Positions 39,287-52,100 of a stretch of DNA of 64,000 nucleotides are shown here, in pieces (within the stretch, counting starts at the first letter, position 1; each line of letters begins with the position of its first letter). The translations under genes were made by a program, and so were the position numbers. This DNA is from Syncephalis fuscata S228. Taxonomy: Eukaryota; Fungi; Zoopagomycota. The stretch spans positions 1 to 64,000 of the forward strand of contig JAHLTZ010000055.1 of assembly GCA_025786725.1 (NCBI GenBank), read 5' to 3'. The notes beneath the pieces are model-generated. The model was not told where the DNA came from. It worked only from the letters and a program-made list of their open reading frames with translations, and made no database searches.

Positions 39287-40203
39287 TATAAAATTTTTGT
39301 TTAATATTTATATCTCTGTGATTTTGTAAATATTGTAGTTGTGACAATAAAAATAATAGACATAAAATAAGTTGTGAGAGATAAAGAAATAAAAAATGGC
39401 AAATTACTCGGCTATTTATAGCAAATAGTAGTATATAGTAATAGTGCACGCTTTGTGTTTAAACAAAAAAATGTATTTTAACAATGGGCAGCATGGAAAT
39501 AAAACAATCTAATTAAACGACAGCTTAAAATGGAAATTAGTAATTATTTATGTTAATTAAAATGTCGTCTTTTATAAAATTAGCTATTGATTTGCCACGT
39601 TAATGGCATAGAATAAATATGGCAACAGTGATATGGTGTAGTTGGAATAGAATAATCAAGGCAACAGTAAACAACATATTCCTTTGTTCAGATTTTATCA
39701 TAAAATATAGTGTATAGTGTAATCTTACATGTAACATTGCCATGGCTTTCTTGACTCAATGGTTTTATTACCAAACTTATACAATATAACTATTTATTAA
39801 TCTTATAAATTTAATCATAAAATTAATTATGTAGCAAATAGTAATATTGAAATGTTTTGTTTATTGCTGTATATATAAGCGCAGATTGCATTTATCAACT
39901 CGCAACATTGCCAAGGTTTTGTAAATTAGCAAGATTAGCGGACATATAAGTGTAGTCGAAACGCACATATAACATTTCTTCCTGGACAGTACAATAGTTG
40001 CGCCAGTATGCTGATTTACAATCAAACAAAATGCCATTGTGATGGAAATCATGACATGCATTAAAATGTTTATTCTGTATGAACTGAGACATGAAATTCA
40101 ATATAATAAGAAAAGTTTGTAATAACTAATTTACGATTAATTTTCAGTTTTTCAGTATAAATAAAAAAGTATAATTGAAATAGTACCAAACACATAGTTT
40201 ATA

Positions 40204-41487
40204 CTATGTTAAATCTCTAATAGCGCTTACATCAAATTGTAATAAATTCAATCTTAGTTTATTGGTTAAGCAACGAAAAGAATTAAGACAAATTATATGC
40301 ATAGCATATTTAGATATACGCTTTTCGCCCAATGTAATCATACTATGATCGCGGATATAAAGCGGTAGAGGCTCTTCGTCCTCACTACTTGATGGACTAG
40401 ATTGATGTCTAATAACAGGTGTACTATCGAGCAAAGGATCGTTGTAATGTTGGCCGTATTGCTGTGGATGTTGATAAGGAGGTGCATTAATTGTCGGTAT
40501 TGCTAAATCCTTGTATTTATTTTAACATATTTTAATGCATCCTTGTGATTCAAACGAAGTTCAGTTTTACGATAGAAATAAGCTAGCCAATACCATAGTC
40601 TATCATTTGCTATTGTAATTTCATCATCGTATACCCGTCCATCAGCAGAATAGGAGAGAGACTCTATAGGACGTATAGTATCAATGGAAAAAATGTTATG
40701 CGATCATTCTCAATGCAACCATCTGATATCATATAAGCATACTAACAATTATAAACAGTCAAATATGTAACTTACAATTTTCAATAGCATTACTAATCGA
40801 CCATCCTTTTGCTTTCATGTCTTTGACCACTATTCAATTGACAGTTAGCAAAATAGTATTGCAACAATATGTACTTGCAGTTTGTAAATTTTAAAAGTCT
40901 AAATTCTGCTACTTGTGAAGTAACATATCTATAATTGATATACTGAGAAATAGTTTCTCTGCATTGTGGATCAACAACCATGTAACAAAGATAGCCGCCA
41001 TCGTAAGTAAATTTCTTAATAACGGAGTAAAAGGGACGCGGAAAAGAATTTGATTCAAACATGTTAAAATCTTCAGAATATATATCCTACAAACAAAATT
41101 ACTATAACTGAAGTTTATAATAATAATAAATATGCATACCTGGTAGAATTTAAATGATAAATACTTTGTCGGCCTATTTCTGCATATAACTCTAGCATCA
41201 AGTTGATAAGTAATGTTTACATAATATTCCCCTTCCGTAACATATGCATTATTATTTTCCACTGCATTGTTATTAATAATAAGATTTTTGATACCAAATG
41301 CGCCAGGTCGGCCTAATTGATACCCAAAAACAGGATCTATGTTTATAATATAAATATTACTATTGCAGTACAAGTTTACTATACTGTTACCATTTTCACC
41401 GAATATCAGTTTAAGCATTGCCATACTTTGGTTAACCAATAGCAGCACCAGTAACAATAAAAGATAGTTAGTTCTAAATAGCATCAT
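40204..41487 (-). CDS. Lineage-specific putative secreted protein, copy C (3 exons; apparent frameshifts)
   Basis: Leader MMLFRTNYLLLLLVLLLVNQSMA. Homologous to copies A and B (GYLCYM..PQC, RLWY.LA.FYRK, YKDLAIPTI). Confidence 0.6.
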
Positions 41488-41999
41488 TGAATTCTTATTA
41501 ATGTGTATGTCTTTGTAACTTTGCAAATTATTATATTTGCAATAATAAAAATAAAAAACGTAAAATAAGTCGTGTGAAAACAAAGAAATAAACAAGGTGG
41601 GCTGTTCAATTGCTTATAGCAAATGGTAATATATAGTAATTATGCACGCTTTATTGTTTAAGCGAAAAAAAACGTGTATTTTGATGGCTGCTAGCATAAA
41701 AGTAGAGCATTCTAATTGAATGAAAGCTCAAAATGGAATTTATAATCGTGCATGCTAGTTGAAAATGCCGCTTTAGGTTTGAATACATTTTTATTCAAAT
41801 TGGTAGTTGACTTGCTATATTAATGCTTTAGCAAAAATATAATAGCAGCAATTTGAAGCTATTTAAAAGAGATAAATGGACAATAGCATACAGCTCAGTC
41901 ATCAATTTGGTTTTTTATTTTATCAATTAAGTTATAAAATATAGTATTAATTGTGATTACTTTACTAATGATATAAATAAAATAGAATGTAACATACCA

Positions 42000-42400
42000 T
42001 TTGGTTTTTTTGAAACATTTGAGGTTGACTACTATTATTATTGCTGGCCATGCATAAAAAAATTGACTGAATATTAATAGAAGCCATATAATTACGATTT
42101 CGTATCGCTCCGCAGTCGTTGTTATTGTTGCGTCTGAATGGTCTCTTCTATTTTTCAATCTTCTATTGTTGCATTTTGGGCATATTTGCAATGTAAAATA
42201 CTCGTCTATGGTGACAAAAAGGTAGAAAGACTAGCATTTCTGATGTTCACCATTCTCTTAAGCATTCTTAGTATTAACTTGGTAGGCACAGTTTATTTGC
42301 CAACCATTGATGAAGCAAATGGTCTCCACCATATGCAATAATGATAGATTGAGTGTCTTCATCAGAAACATCTTGTGGCGACGGCTGTAGCCAGAATATG
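42000..42400 (-). pseudogene. Decayed Fanzor/TnpB-like (RuvC/zinc-finger) C-terminal fragment
   Basis: Across three frameshifts the minus strand reads IIIAYGG..FASSMVGK*TVPTKLILRMLKR / FVTIDEYFTLQICPKC / DCGAIRNRNYMASINIQSIF, which matches the order DEY-TSxxCxxC...CxxC...NRDxxAxxNI. Confidence 0.6.
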
Positions 42401-43169
42401 CGGCATGCCGTTGAGGTTACTTGAACAGATGTTAATGTAAAATAAGAGAAGTAAAAACTAGAGATTAAATAATGTTATTTATTGCTGTACAAATACACAT
42501 GTTATTTGTATTGTCATATTCAACATTATTGTATAATATATTACTGCATAAAACAATACGATAGCGATAGGAAAAGAAGAGTGAAATAAGTAAATAAAAA
42601 TGTGGAAGTCAAAGTAAAATAATTTCCATATTAATTAATAAGTAAATTCATATGATTTAGTGTCAAAAAACCAAGATTGACATCCTTTACTTGATTGAAA
42701 TATACATTTGTTGCTCTACTAAACATGGAATTGGATGGTGAGTGACATTAAGTATCAAACTATAATGCTTTGAATACTTTACAGCAATAACAATACGGAT
42801 TAACATTTGTTTGTTTATTATATTTTATTGTAAGTAACATGAAATACTATTTAATATTTATTTTAATAATGAAAACAATGCAGACTGGTTCAATTTCAGC
42901 TAATTCAATCGGAGTTGAGGTGGCACTGCTTCAACAAACAATAATTTTCAGTATTAAAGACTGGTCGATGGTTTATTATTCAAATTATGGATCTTTTTGT
43001 TCCCATTTAACCTAGGGGGCACAAATTACAATAAACCCCCTTTTTGTAACAAAATCTCATGCACCACCCTGCCATATCATATAGTGGGACTACTGTAAAG
43101 TCTAGGTGGGAACGATACAATATGTCGTTTATATAATTAATCTAAATAGCCTAACTATAGTAATCTATA

Positions 43170-45715
43170 ATGGCAACGACAAACATTAATGGACGACGAC
43201 GCGTACCTTTAAGGAATCTAGTGCAGAATGCGCTTGAATCTATAAATTTGTCAAGTAATTGTAATGAAATTAAAGCATACGAATCTCTTATGCAACATGA
43301 AAAGCGACTGTTGCAACTACTTGAAATGTGGCGTGACAATAAGTCACTATGTTTGTCTATTGATTGGGAAGATAATGACGTGTTAAAGTCGTTTGAATGG
43401 AAGCAGCGCGGAACCATCGCCTTCCGAGAACAGCGATATACTGACGCTCTTGTCTGTTATCAAGAGGTAGGTACTATACCTGATACAACTAGTTGTTGCG
43501 ATTGACCATGGCTAGTGTGTACGCTATGCAGTAGAATCAAATATGGCAGATAAACAAAGTAACGAGCATGTTCCGTTATGTATTGCTTACGCCAATCGTT
43601 CTGCCGCGCTAATTGAGGTGGCAAGCGAATTATCCAACAAATATGATAAACACAACATATTGCAGCCAGTATCCATACAGCAAAAAGAGTTATTGCTTGC
43701 TGCAAAGCATGATGTTATTCGCGCTCTATCACTCAATTACCCAAATCAGCGTGCTTCCAAGCTTTATTTACGATATATCTATTGTTTACAAAAAGAGCTA
43801 ATTGCTCAAAATACTACGCATGAACTATGCTCAGTTTATATAAACGAAATTGAAAAAACATTTAATACTGCATTAGAATGTGCAAAGAACGCAGCCACAC
43901 TAGAAGAACGCAAACAATTTACATCCAAAATAATCAAACAGCAAAGTATATGGCAACAGATGATTGAAGACTTACCAAGTTGTTTAAGTACCAAGCGTGA
44001 TTCTATAAACAAATTCATATCACAAAAATCACCGCAAATTAAATTGGATCGACAAGATGATCAAGGTCGATGATTACTGCATCGTCTAATATATCTATTG
44101 GTACTTCATTACTAACGGAATTACCAGCTATTGCTTGCATCGATCCTAGTGTATATCGCAGTGTTTGCGAATATTGTCTATGTAAACTACCATTCGATTA
44201 TATCTCGTAAGTTTAAATAAGTTGCTGTATTAAAGCTGTTTAATATACTAACAACTATTAGTTGCAAAGTTTGTCCCGACGCATTTTATTGTTCCATTAG
44301 TTGTCGAGATGCTGGATGGACTGCCTATCACAAATACGAGTGTAAAAAGGCGTGGTCGTTGATTTGGCACCTGAAATTCTACTGGCTGTCCGATTAATGT
44401 TTAAGCTAAATGATGAACAGATATCACAGCGAACAATAAAACATGGCGATTCAATAGATGATGGATGGCCACGTAAGTATTTATTGGTATATGATACGTT
44501 GGATTAATGTTTTGTAGAAATAATACAGCTAGAGGATCATAAAAAGGAATTACCACCATTGATACAAGCCACCGACCAATGCATAGCTCTATTGTTAACA
44601 CAAACAATTGGTCTTAATCAACAACAACAGCAGTTGCTGCTACGCTGCCAAGCCTTAGTACGTTATAACGCGATGGCCATACGACAGCTGCAAACTACAT
44701 CGCTTCCATCCGTTTTGCTGCCCGTTGAATCGTCAAATAACGAAGTAATTGCAGTACAAACAGAAGTTGTAGTCGGCCATGCGCTTTATCGCTATGCTGC
44801 TATGCTAAATCATAGCTGCCAACCCAATGCTTTTCTTTTTTTAATAGCGTTAACGGCAATAGTAGAGAGAATAGGCAATGGTTAAACTCGCCAGTGATAG
44901 ATAAAGGTGTTATACCAGGCATATGGCTATCACTAAGACCTACAGCGCCAATTAATAATGGCGAGCCGATATATATTAGCTATGGTCCACTAGCTGCAGC
45001 AGAACAAATAGATAAACGAAAAGCATTTTTGGAAACTCGCTATTTGTTTTCATGTCACTGCTTTGCATGCAGGTAAATAATAGATAATACAAGTTAATTA
45101 CTATCAATAATAGAAAGATTAACAAAATTAATGTAATTGTAGATCGACTGATAATACAATTGGGCTTTGCTATAAAAAGGACATTGATTCTTGCGAACAA
45201 CTTAAAGTAATAAGCGTAATATCAGCATTAGTCAATTGGCTAATATATTGTATAGATTTTAAAACAAATCGAAGAGCTTGAAGCACGTATTGCTGGTGCA
45301 TTGGATATTGAATCCATTAAAAAACTTCTACAGCTACAACAAAAATATATAACCGCTACAGTATCAATGTAGGAAAGACGCTAGATTGTCTAGCATTGGC
45401 ATATGCTACACTTGGTAATATGGAGATGGCCGTCAAATACAGCAAAGACTCCTTAGAAGTTGTAAAAACAACTATGGCAAGATTAGCGTTGAGGCAGCAA
45501 GAGAGACTGTTAAATTGCTTGATATTTTAAAGCATTGGTAAATATTAATATTTTAACTATACTATTTGATTATTTTTATTAATGATATATTTAGCAATTA
45601 TCATGAATTCAATGCACTATGGAAGGAAGCAATTGAATTGCATAGCCAGTTATTCGGTGCTATGCATCCGGAAACACAGCATCTTTACGAACTTAATCAT
45701 TTAAATATAAAATAA
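43170..45715 (+). CDS. TPR + SET/MYND lysine methyltransferase (SMYD4-like), multi-exon
   Basis: TPR KQRGTIAFREQRYTDAL and AYANRSAAL. MYND CEYC...FYCSISCR...HKYEC. SET AAMLNHSCQPN and IYISYGP. Post-SET YLFSCHCFAC. Confidence 0.85.
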
Positions 45716-46142
45716 GCAATGATTTATTAACAAATCTTGTGCTAATTATACATTGACTTGTTATATTTCTATTTGCCGTTTAATTTATTAATGGTAGAAC
45801 AAATATTATAATGTTCTGTTTGGTTAACACTTGTTGAGCGCTGAATGAGAATTAAACATGGTCATAACTATAGCAATTTGATCGAGTATTTATAATAAAA
45901 CCATGTGTTTATTACTACAGACGTGCATAGCTGAATAGACACAGCTGAATACATGCTTATTAGTAAGATAATGGTACCACCGATTAGAATATGAATAAAC
46001 TGGACATTGGCTGCAACTTGATATATAAATAGGCTGAGTGGCAGCTATCAAATGGTCTTGTTCTTTATTGAATATATACCTAAAGTGCGTTGGGCTAGCA
46101 AATGTGGCTACAATATCAATGCTGATGTCTTGAAAGCAGCGG

Positions 46143-49100
46143 TTAAGCTATATTATAAATATATGCAATACATGTCATATAGTTAGTGTATAAACTAAGC
46201 ATATAATATCAAGTACGCTTCATTATATCATACTAAACACGCACGATGAATAATATATGTTTAACGTATTGGCAATCAATATACAATGTCACTTACAGCC
46301 TGTTAACACATATTATTCAATAAACATGGCGTATAGTAATTGCTTAGCGTATATTTGATTACTGTACAGTGTCACTTACTAACTATCAATATAAATTATT
46401 GACCACACGCAGTGCATGGTATATATTTAGCGTATAATTGATTAGTATTCAATAGTACTTACCGGCTATTCATACAAGTTATTAAACATGCATATTGTAT
46501 AACATATATTTAATGTATTATTAATTGGTCTACCATGACACCTACCCCCTATCAATAAAAGTTATTAAACGCGCATAGTACATAGAATATACTTGGTATA
46601 TTACTAATTAATATACAATGACACTTACAATCTATCAACAGAAATTATTAAGCATGCAAAGTGTACAACGTATGTTTAACCTATAGCTGATTAACATAAA
46701 ATATAACCTATCAACTATCAATGCAAGTCATTAAGCGCGCATATCACGTGGTTAACGCACATTGACTAATATAAATGCTACTTACAACCTATTAATATAA
46801 GTTGTTAAATAAGCACAGCGTACAACATATGTTAACATATAGTTTATCAATGTGCAATTCCACATACCAGCTATTGATGTCAGATTATCAAACAGACATA
46901 GTGTATCACATAAGTTTAGTGTATATTCAATTGCTATACAATGCCACCTACCATCTATTAATGCAAATCATTAAATATCCAAAATGTATAAAATATGCTT
47001 AGTTCATAGTTAATTAATGTATAACGTCACCTACTAACTATCGATGTCAGATTATCAAACATACAAATTGTATCACATATATTTGGTGTATATTCAATTG
47101 CTATACAATACTACTTGCTATCTATTAGTGTTATTTTATTAAACACACATGAAGGACATATACTTAGTGTATAGTTAGCTGCCATACAATGCCACTTAAA
47201 TCCTATCAACAAAATTATTCAACATACACGGTATATGGATATGCTTAGTGTATGGTCAAATGGTGTCGTATTACTATTATGAAGGGGGACTGAGTAATAC
47301 GGCAAGGTAGATAAAACACTAGGATCTTGTAATAAAAGGTTTTTCTTAGGATTGAACTACTTTATTAATAAATGTAAATATTCCAGCTTTTATAGCTGGC
47401 TTGACACATCGATTACGTGGTACCCGTGTACCACGTGTTCTGAATATGTCGCCACATCACTCCCTCACTAAGTGTCGAACGTCCCGTTGACACATTAAGT
47501 GAATTAGTGGAAAGGTTAGATAATGATATTTGGTTAATTGATATGTTGGGTAATAATAAATGGGCAGGTCGTGTGTGAAGTGGAATTATTCGATCAGCGT
47601 GTTCTGAAAACATTCTTTGTGTTTCCAAATCCTTGAGTCTGTAGTTGACAGCTGACGTTTGTTCTATCACTTTAAAAGGACCTTTCATTCTTTCTTTCAT
47701 CTTTCTCAACTTCGTACCTTTTAGTAGTTGTTCTTCTATCCACACTAAGTCACCTTCTTTAAATGGTTCTTTTCTTCTTCCTTTATTATACCTAGCCGAC
47801 TGCCGACGTTGGGCCGCTTCAATCATTAACTTGGCTCTTTCCCTGACATCATTGAGTCGGAGTTGCAGATCGGTGACGTATTCCTCATATTCTTCTACTC
47901 TCTTATGGAACCGAACTGGAGCCGTTGAAACAGGGCCAACTGCTACTTCTAATGGCTGAGTCGCCTCTCGGCCGAATAGTAACTGAAATGGTGAGTGGCC
48001 AGCGGATGACTGTTTCGTTGTTCTGTATGCAAACAATAGCAGGGGTAGATATTTATCCCAATCTTTTTCGAAATCACTAGTGAACTTAGCGATCATCGAT
48101 GCAAGTGTATGATTAAAACGCTCAACTAGTCCGTCAGTCTGTGGACGTCGTGCGGAGGTAATCCGTCGCTGTATGCCAAGTCGTTTCGCAATACCGGCAG
48201 TTAATCCAGATGTAAAGTTAGTACCACCATCAGTAAGTAGTACACTAGGCATGCCGTGTCTAGCAATAACGTTATTCATCAGGAACTGTACTGTAGTTTC
48301 TGCAGTTGCATCTGGGATAGCAGCGGCTTCAATCCAACGCGTGGTGTAATCACAGCATACAGCTACGTACTTATTACCATGTTCAGACTCAGTAAATGGA
48401 CCCATAAGGTCGATGGCAATAAAGTCGAATGGCTTTTCTGGCACTGGTAGTGATTGTAATAATCCAGATCGTTGGTGTATTCGTCGTATCTTCTGACATA
48501 CTGTGCACGATGTCACATAGTCGCATACATCACTATGCATATTCTGCCACCAGTAGCTCTGACGTAGTCGTTGGTAAGTACGAGTAATACCCAAATGACC
48601 AGCTAATTCTTTATCATGACAATGATATAGAACTATAGGTCGATATTGATTAGGCACAACATCCAACAACTCTGTCATCACATCGCCTTTCATAACCTTC
48701 CTCTTCAACCGACCAGTCACTAGCTCAAAGCGTTTAGCACGTTTTCGTAAAGCACGCCGACTAGCATCGGACATTAGCGTCATATACTCAGCACCTTGTT
48801 GTAAATAAGCATATACATCAGCAGTAGTTAACTCTGTTTGTTGTGCATATACCCATTCTTCTTCAGTTGGTAGCAACGGTGTTGTATTTTCAGCTATGTG
48901 CATTACTTCTTCTACTTTGTCTTGTTCAGCTAGTTCAACTAGTTCGTGCCATGGCAACGGATCTCGTGACAAGGCATCTGCATTGGCATTGGCAGTACCA
49001 CGCCTATATTCGATAGTCGGACGGTATTCCTGTAACTTCAATGCCCAACGGCCAAGTCGACCAGTTGGATTGGGTCGTGACATTAACCAACGTAGAGCTG

Positions 49101-52100
49101 AGTGATCAGTGACTACTGTAAATTCACTACCGTATATATAAGGTCGGAACTTCTCTATGGCCCATACAATAGCCATACATTCGCATTCGGTAGCTGAATA
49201 GTTCTTTTGTGCATCATTCAACGCTCTACTGGCATAAGCAATCGGTCGCCATCCATCGTCGATTTGTTGCGATAATACTGCGCCCAAACCGTAAGTAGAA
49301 GCATCAGTTTCAATTCGAAACGGCTTAGATAGTGTTGGATAAGCTAACACAGTATCACTAGTCAATGTAGTGCGTAAATCATCGAAGGCGGTTTGTTGTT
49401 CGTCTGACCACACGAAGGGTGTACCTTTCTTCTCAAGGCGACGAATGGGCTCGGCTCGTTCGGCAAAACGGCTAATAAAGCGTCGATAATAGGATGCAAG
49501 ACCAAGGAAACTTTTACAGCCACGTATATCAGTAGGGCGAGGGAAATTATGCACAGCAGCGACTTTATCTGGGTCTGGTTTAACACCATTAGCATTCACG
49601 ACATGGCCAAGATAGGCTATTTGTTGTTGGCCAAAGTGACATTTGCTACGTTTAAGGCGAAGTCCAGCATCGCGTAGACGATTAAAAACTGTTCGTAGAC
49701 GTTGTAGGTGTTCATCAAACGTCCTACCAAATACAATAATATCGTCTAAGTAAACAATACATGAATGCCACTTCAGACCAGCCAATACTTCGTCCATTAA
49801 TCGTTGAAAGGTCGCTGGCGCGTTGCATAAGCCAAATGGCATGACACGGAATTGATATAGGCCAGCATGTGTAACAAAGGCTGTCTTTTCCTTGTCTGCT
49901 TCGTTCATTTGGATTTGCCAATAGCCAGAGGCAAGGTCCAAAGTAGTAAACCAACAGGCACCAGATAACATATCTAGTGCATCATCAATGCGAGTCGTAG
50001 GATATGAATCCTTCTTAGTGGCGTCGTTCAATTTACGATAATCGACACAAAAACGTTCACCACCATCTTTCTTACCAACAAGGACAACTGGAGATGACCA
50101 AGGACTGCGAGATGGTTCAATAATGCCATTCTCAAGCATATCGTTAATGGCTTCAGTTATCTTTTCACGTTGACGGTAAGCAGAACGGTACGGAGGAGTA
50201 TTAATGGGTTTAGAGTCACCAGTACTAATGGTATGGCGAACTCTAGTAGCTGCTTGTGGATTATTCGGATTTACCGCGAATAGATCCGTATATTCCAGTA
50301 ACAGTTTGTTGAGTCGGGCTAGTCGGATGGACTCAGACAGATCTACTCGAGGTAGTTGGGATAGTGCCAATGATACCACGGCATTATCAACTTGCTCGGT
50401 AGGTCGGATATCCCGTCTTACTAAGTGCTGTTGTAACTTAGAAAGTATCCGGCCATTACGGACTTTTCCAGCCACGGCAACTACATGTATACCGTGCGAT
50501 GGAGTGTTGGACAATTTCATGTCAATGGATTGGCCATCAATAAACAATTTGCCAGCTGCGCAATCAATGCTGGCACCAGCGGCGGATAACCAATCCATGC
50601 CTAATAATACTGGATACGGGGAAGTATCTAATACTATTGCTTTAACCTTCCGAACAACGCTAGCTATTTCGATATCCACCAAGGAGTGGCCACGAGTGTT
50701 AGCGTGTCGGCCATCAGCTAATCTAACGAATGAATCAGTGAACGGGCCTAAGACAAGGCCAATATTTCTACATATAGCGCTAGAAATAACCGTTCGTTCA
50801 GCACCCGTATCAATTAACATCGATACCATATGTCCATTAATCGTTCCATCCTGCAATAATGTGGTAGCGGAAGCAACATTAATTGCGGATATGGTCGATA
50901 AGGGATTTACTTGGGGTGGGACGTCGTTACCCTTACACATCGACGTCCCATTTAGTTTTCCGCCTGTTTGGCATCACCAGCAGGTAGTTTACTGGTTATC
51001 GATGCACGGGCAGTGGCTAAATTTGGACATTGATGCGTGTAGTGATTCGTATCATCACAGAGGGTACAAGGGAAGCGACGTGTAGCTGGCTGTTGTTTGG
51101 GGCGACGGTTATTGCCGGAACGGGTACCTACTTGCATTGCATTGGGTGCCGTCTTGGACACGGACAGAGATTGGTCATTAGTAACAACGTTTATGCTGGC
51201 CTTAGCCGCATGCAGTAACTTATGGGTGTATCTTCCTAATTCAATACTATGACCAACAGATCGAAAGTCATCGATAGAACGGATTCGTAACGAGCGGACA
51301 TTGCTGCGGACGTAGTCGTTAGAACCGATTTTGATCTGTTTCCAAATTTGTCTAGGCGTCCTTTTGGCATTGGTACCAGCTCTTTCAACTCTATCGGCGT
51401 ATTCGAATAATGTTTCTTTGTCGTTTAAGCGAAGTAAGTAAAATTTGTTTTTCAACGCTTCTTTTGGATCACCAGCACACCATTTAATCTCTAACTCCTT
51501 TACTAACGTCGCGAATAGGCCAGGCTGGTACGATTGGACACGCGGCATATTGAGTAGGCACCATGCATTCTCGCGGTCACGCAGACCGTACATCAATCGA
51601 CTGCATTTCGTGGGTTCATCCCATCCTGACAAACCAGCAATCAAGTGGAAGCTACGCAGCCATTCAAAAGGATCCGCTTTAAAATCTAGTTTGTCAATAT
51701 CCATTTTTGGTAGTTTAGTCATCACTTGAGGGACACTCAAGTCGGGTGGCTGTGTGACCACAGGTGGTACAACAGCAACAGGTTCAGGCTGACTATCTGC
51801 AATGGAAGGGAAAGATGAGGTGATGGATGTGGTGTCAGAGTCGTCCGAATCTATGGACGAAATGGACACTCGTCTGTTGATGCGTGTGGGTGTGGTGTTG
51901 TTGTCAGGTGGACCAAGTTCTGCAATTGGGGCAGTGCCAGGCGTTTCTACAGTGAACTGTGGAGCTGGTGTGTAGGTAGGAATTGGAGGATTTGGGTCTC
52001 CTGGGTTGAGTTGTCGAAAAGCGTGTACCAGCGACATTGTCAATTGAGCTGTTTGGTGAACAGTGAGTCCGTTGGTAGGATTTAGAATGGTGCGTAATAA

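Noticed and set aside
42998-43113. Imperfect inverted repeat (gttccca..acctag / ctaggtgggaac) as a MITE or structured RNA
   Set aside because: Short and interrupted, with no TSD and no second copy in the window.
50204-51729. + strand ORFs of 293, 62 and 94 aa within the retrotransposon
   Set aside because: Antisense shadows of gag/pol with no recognisable motifs.
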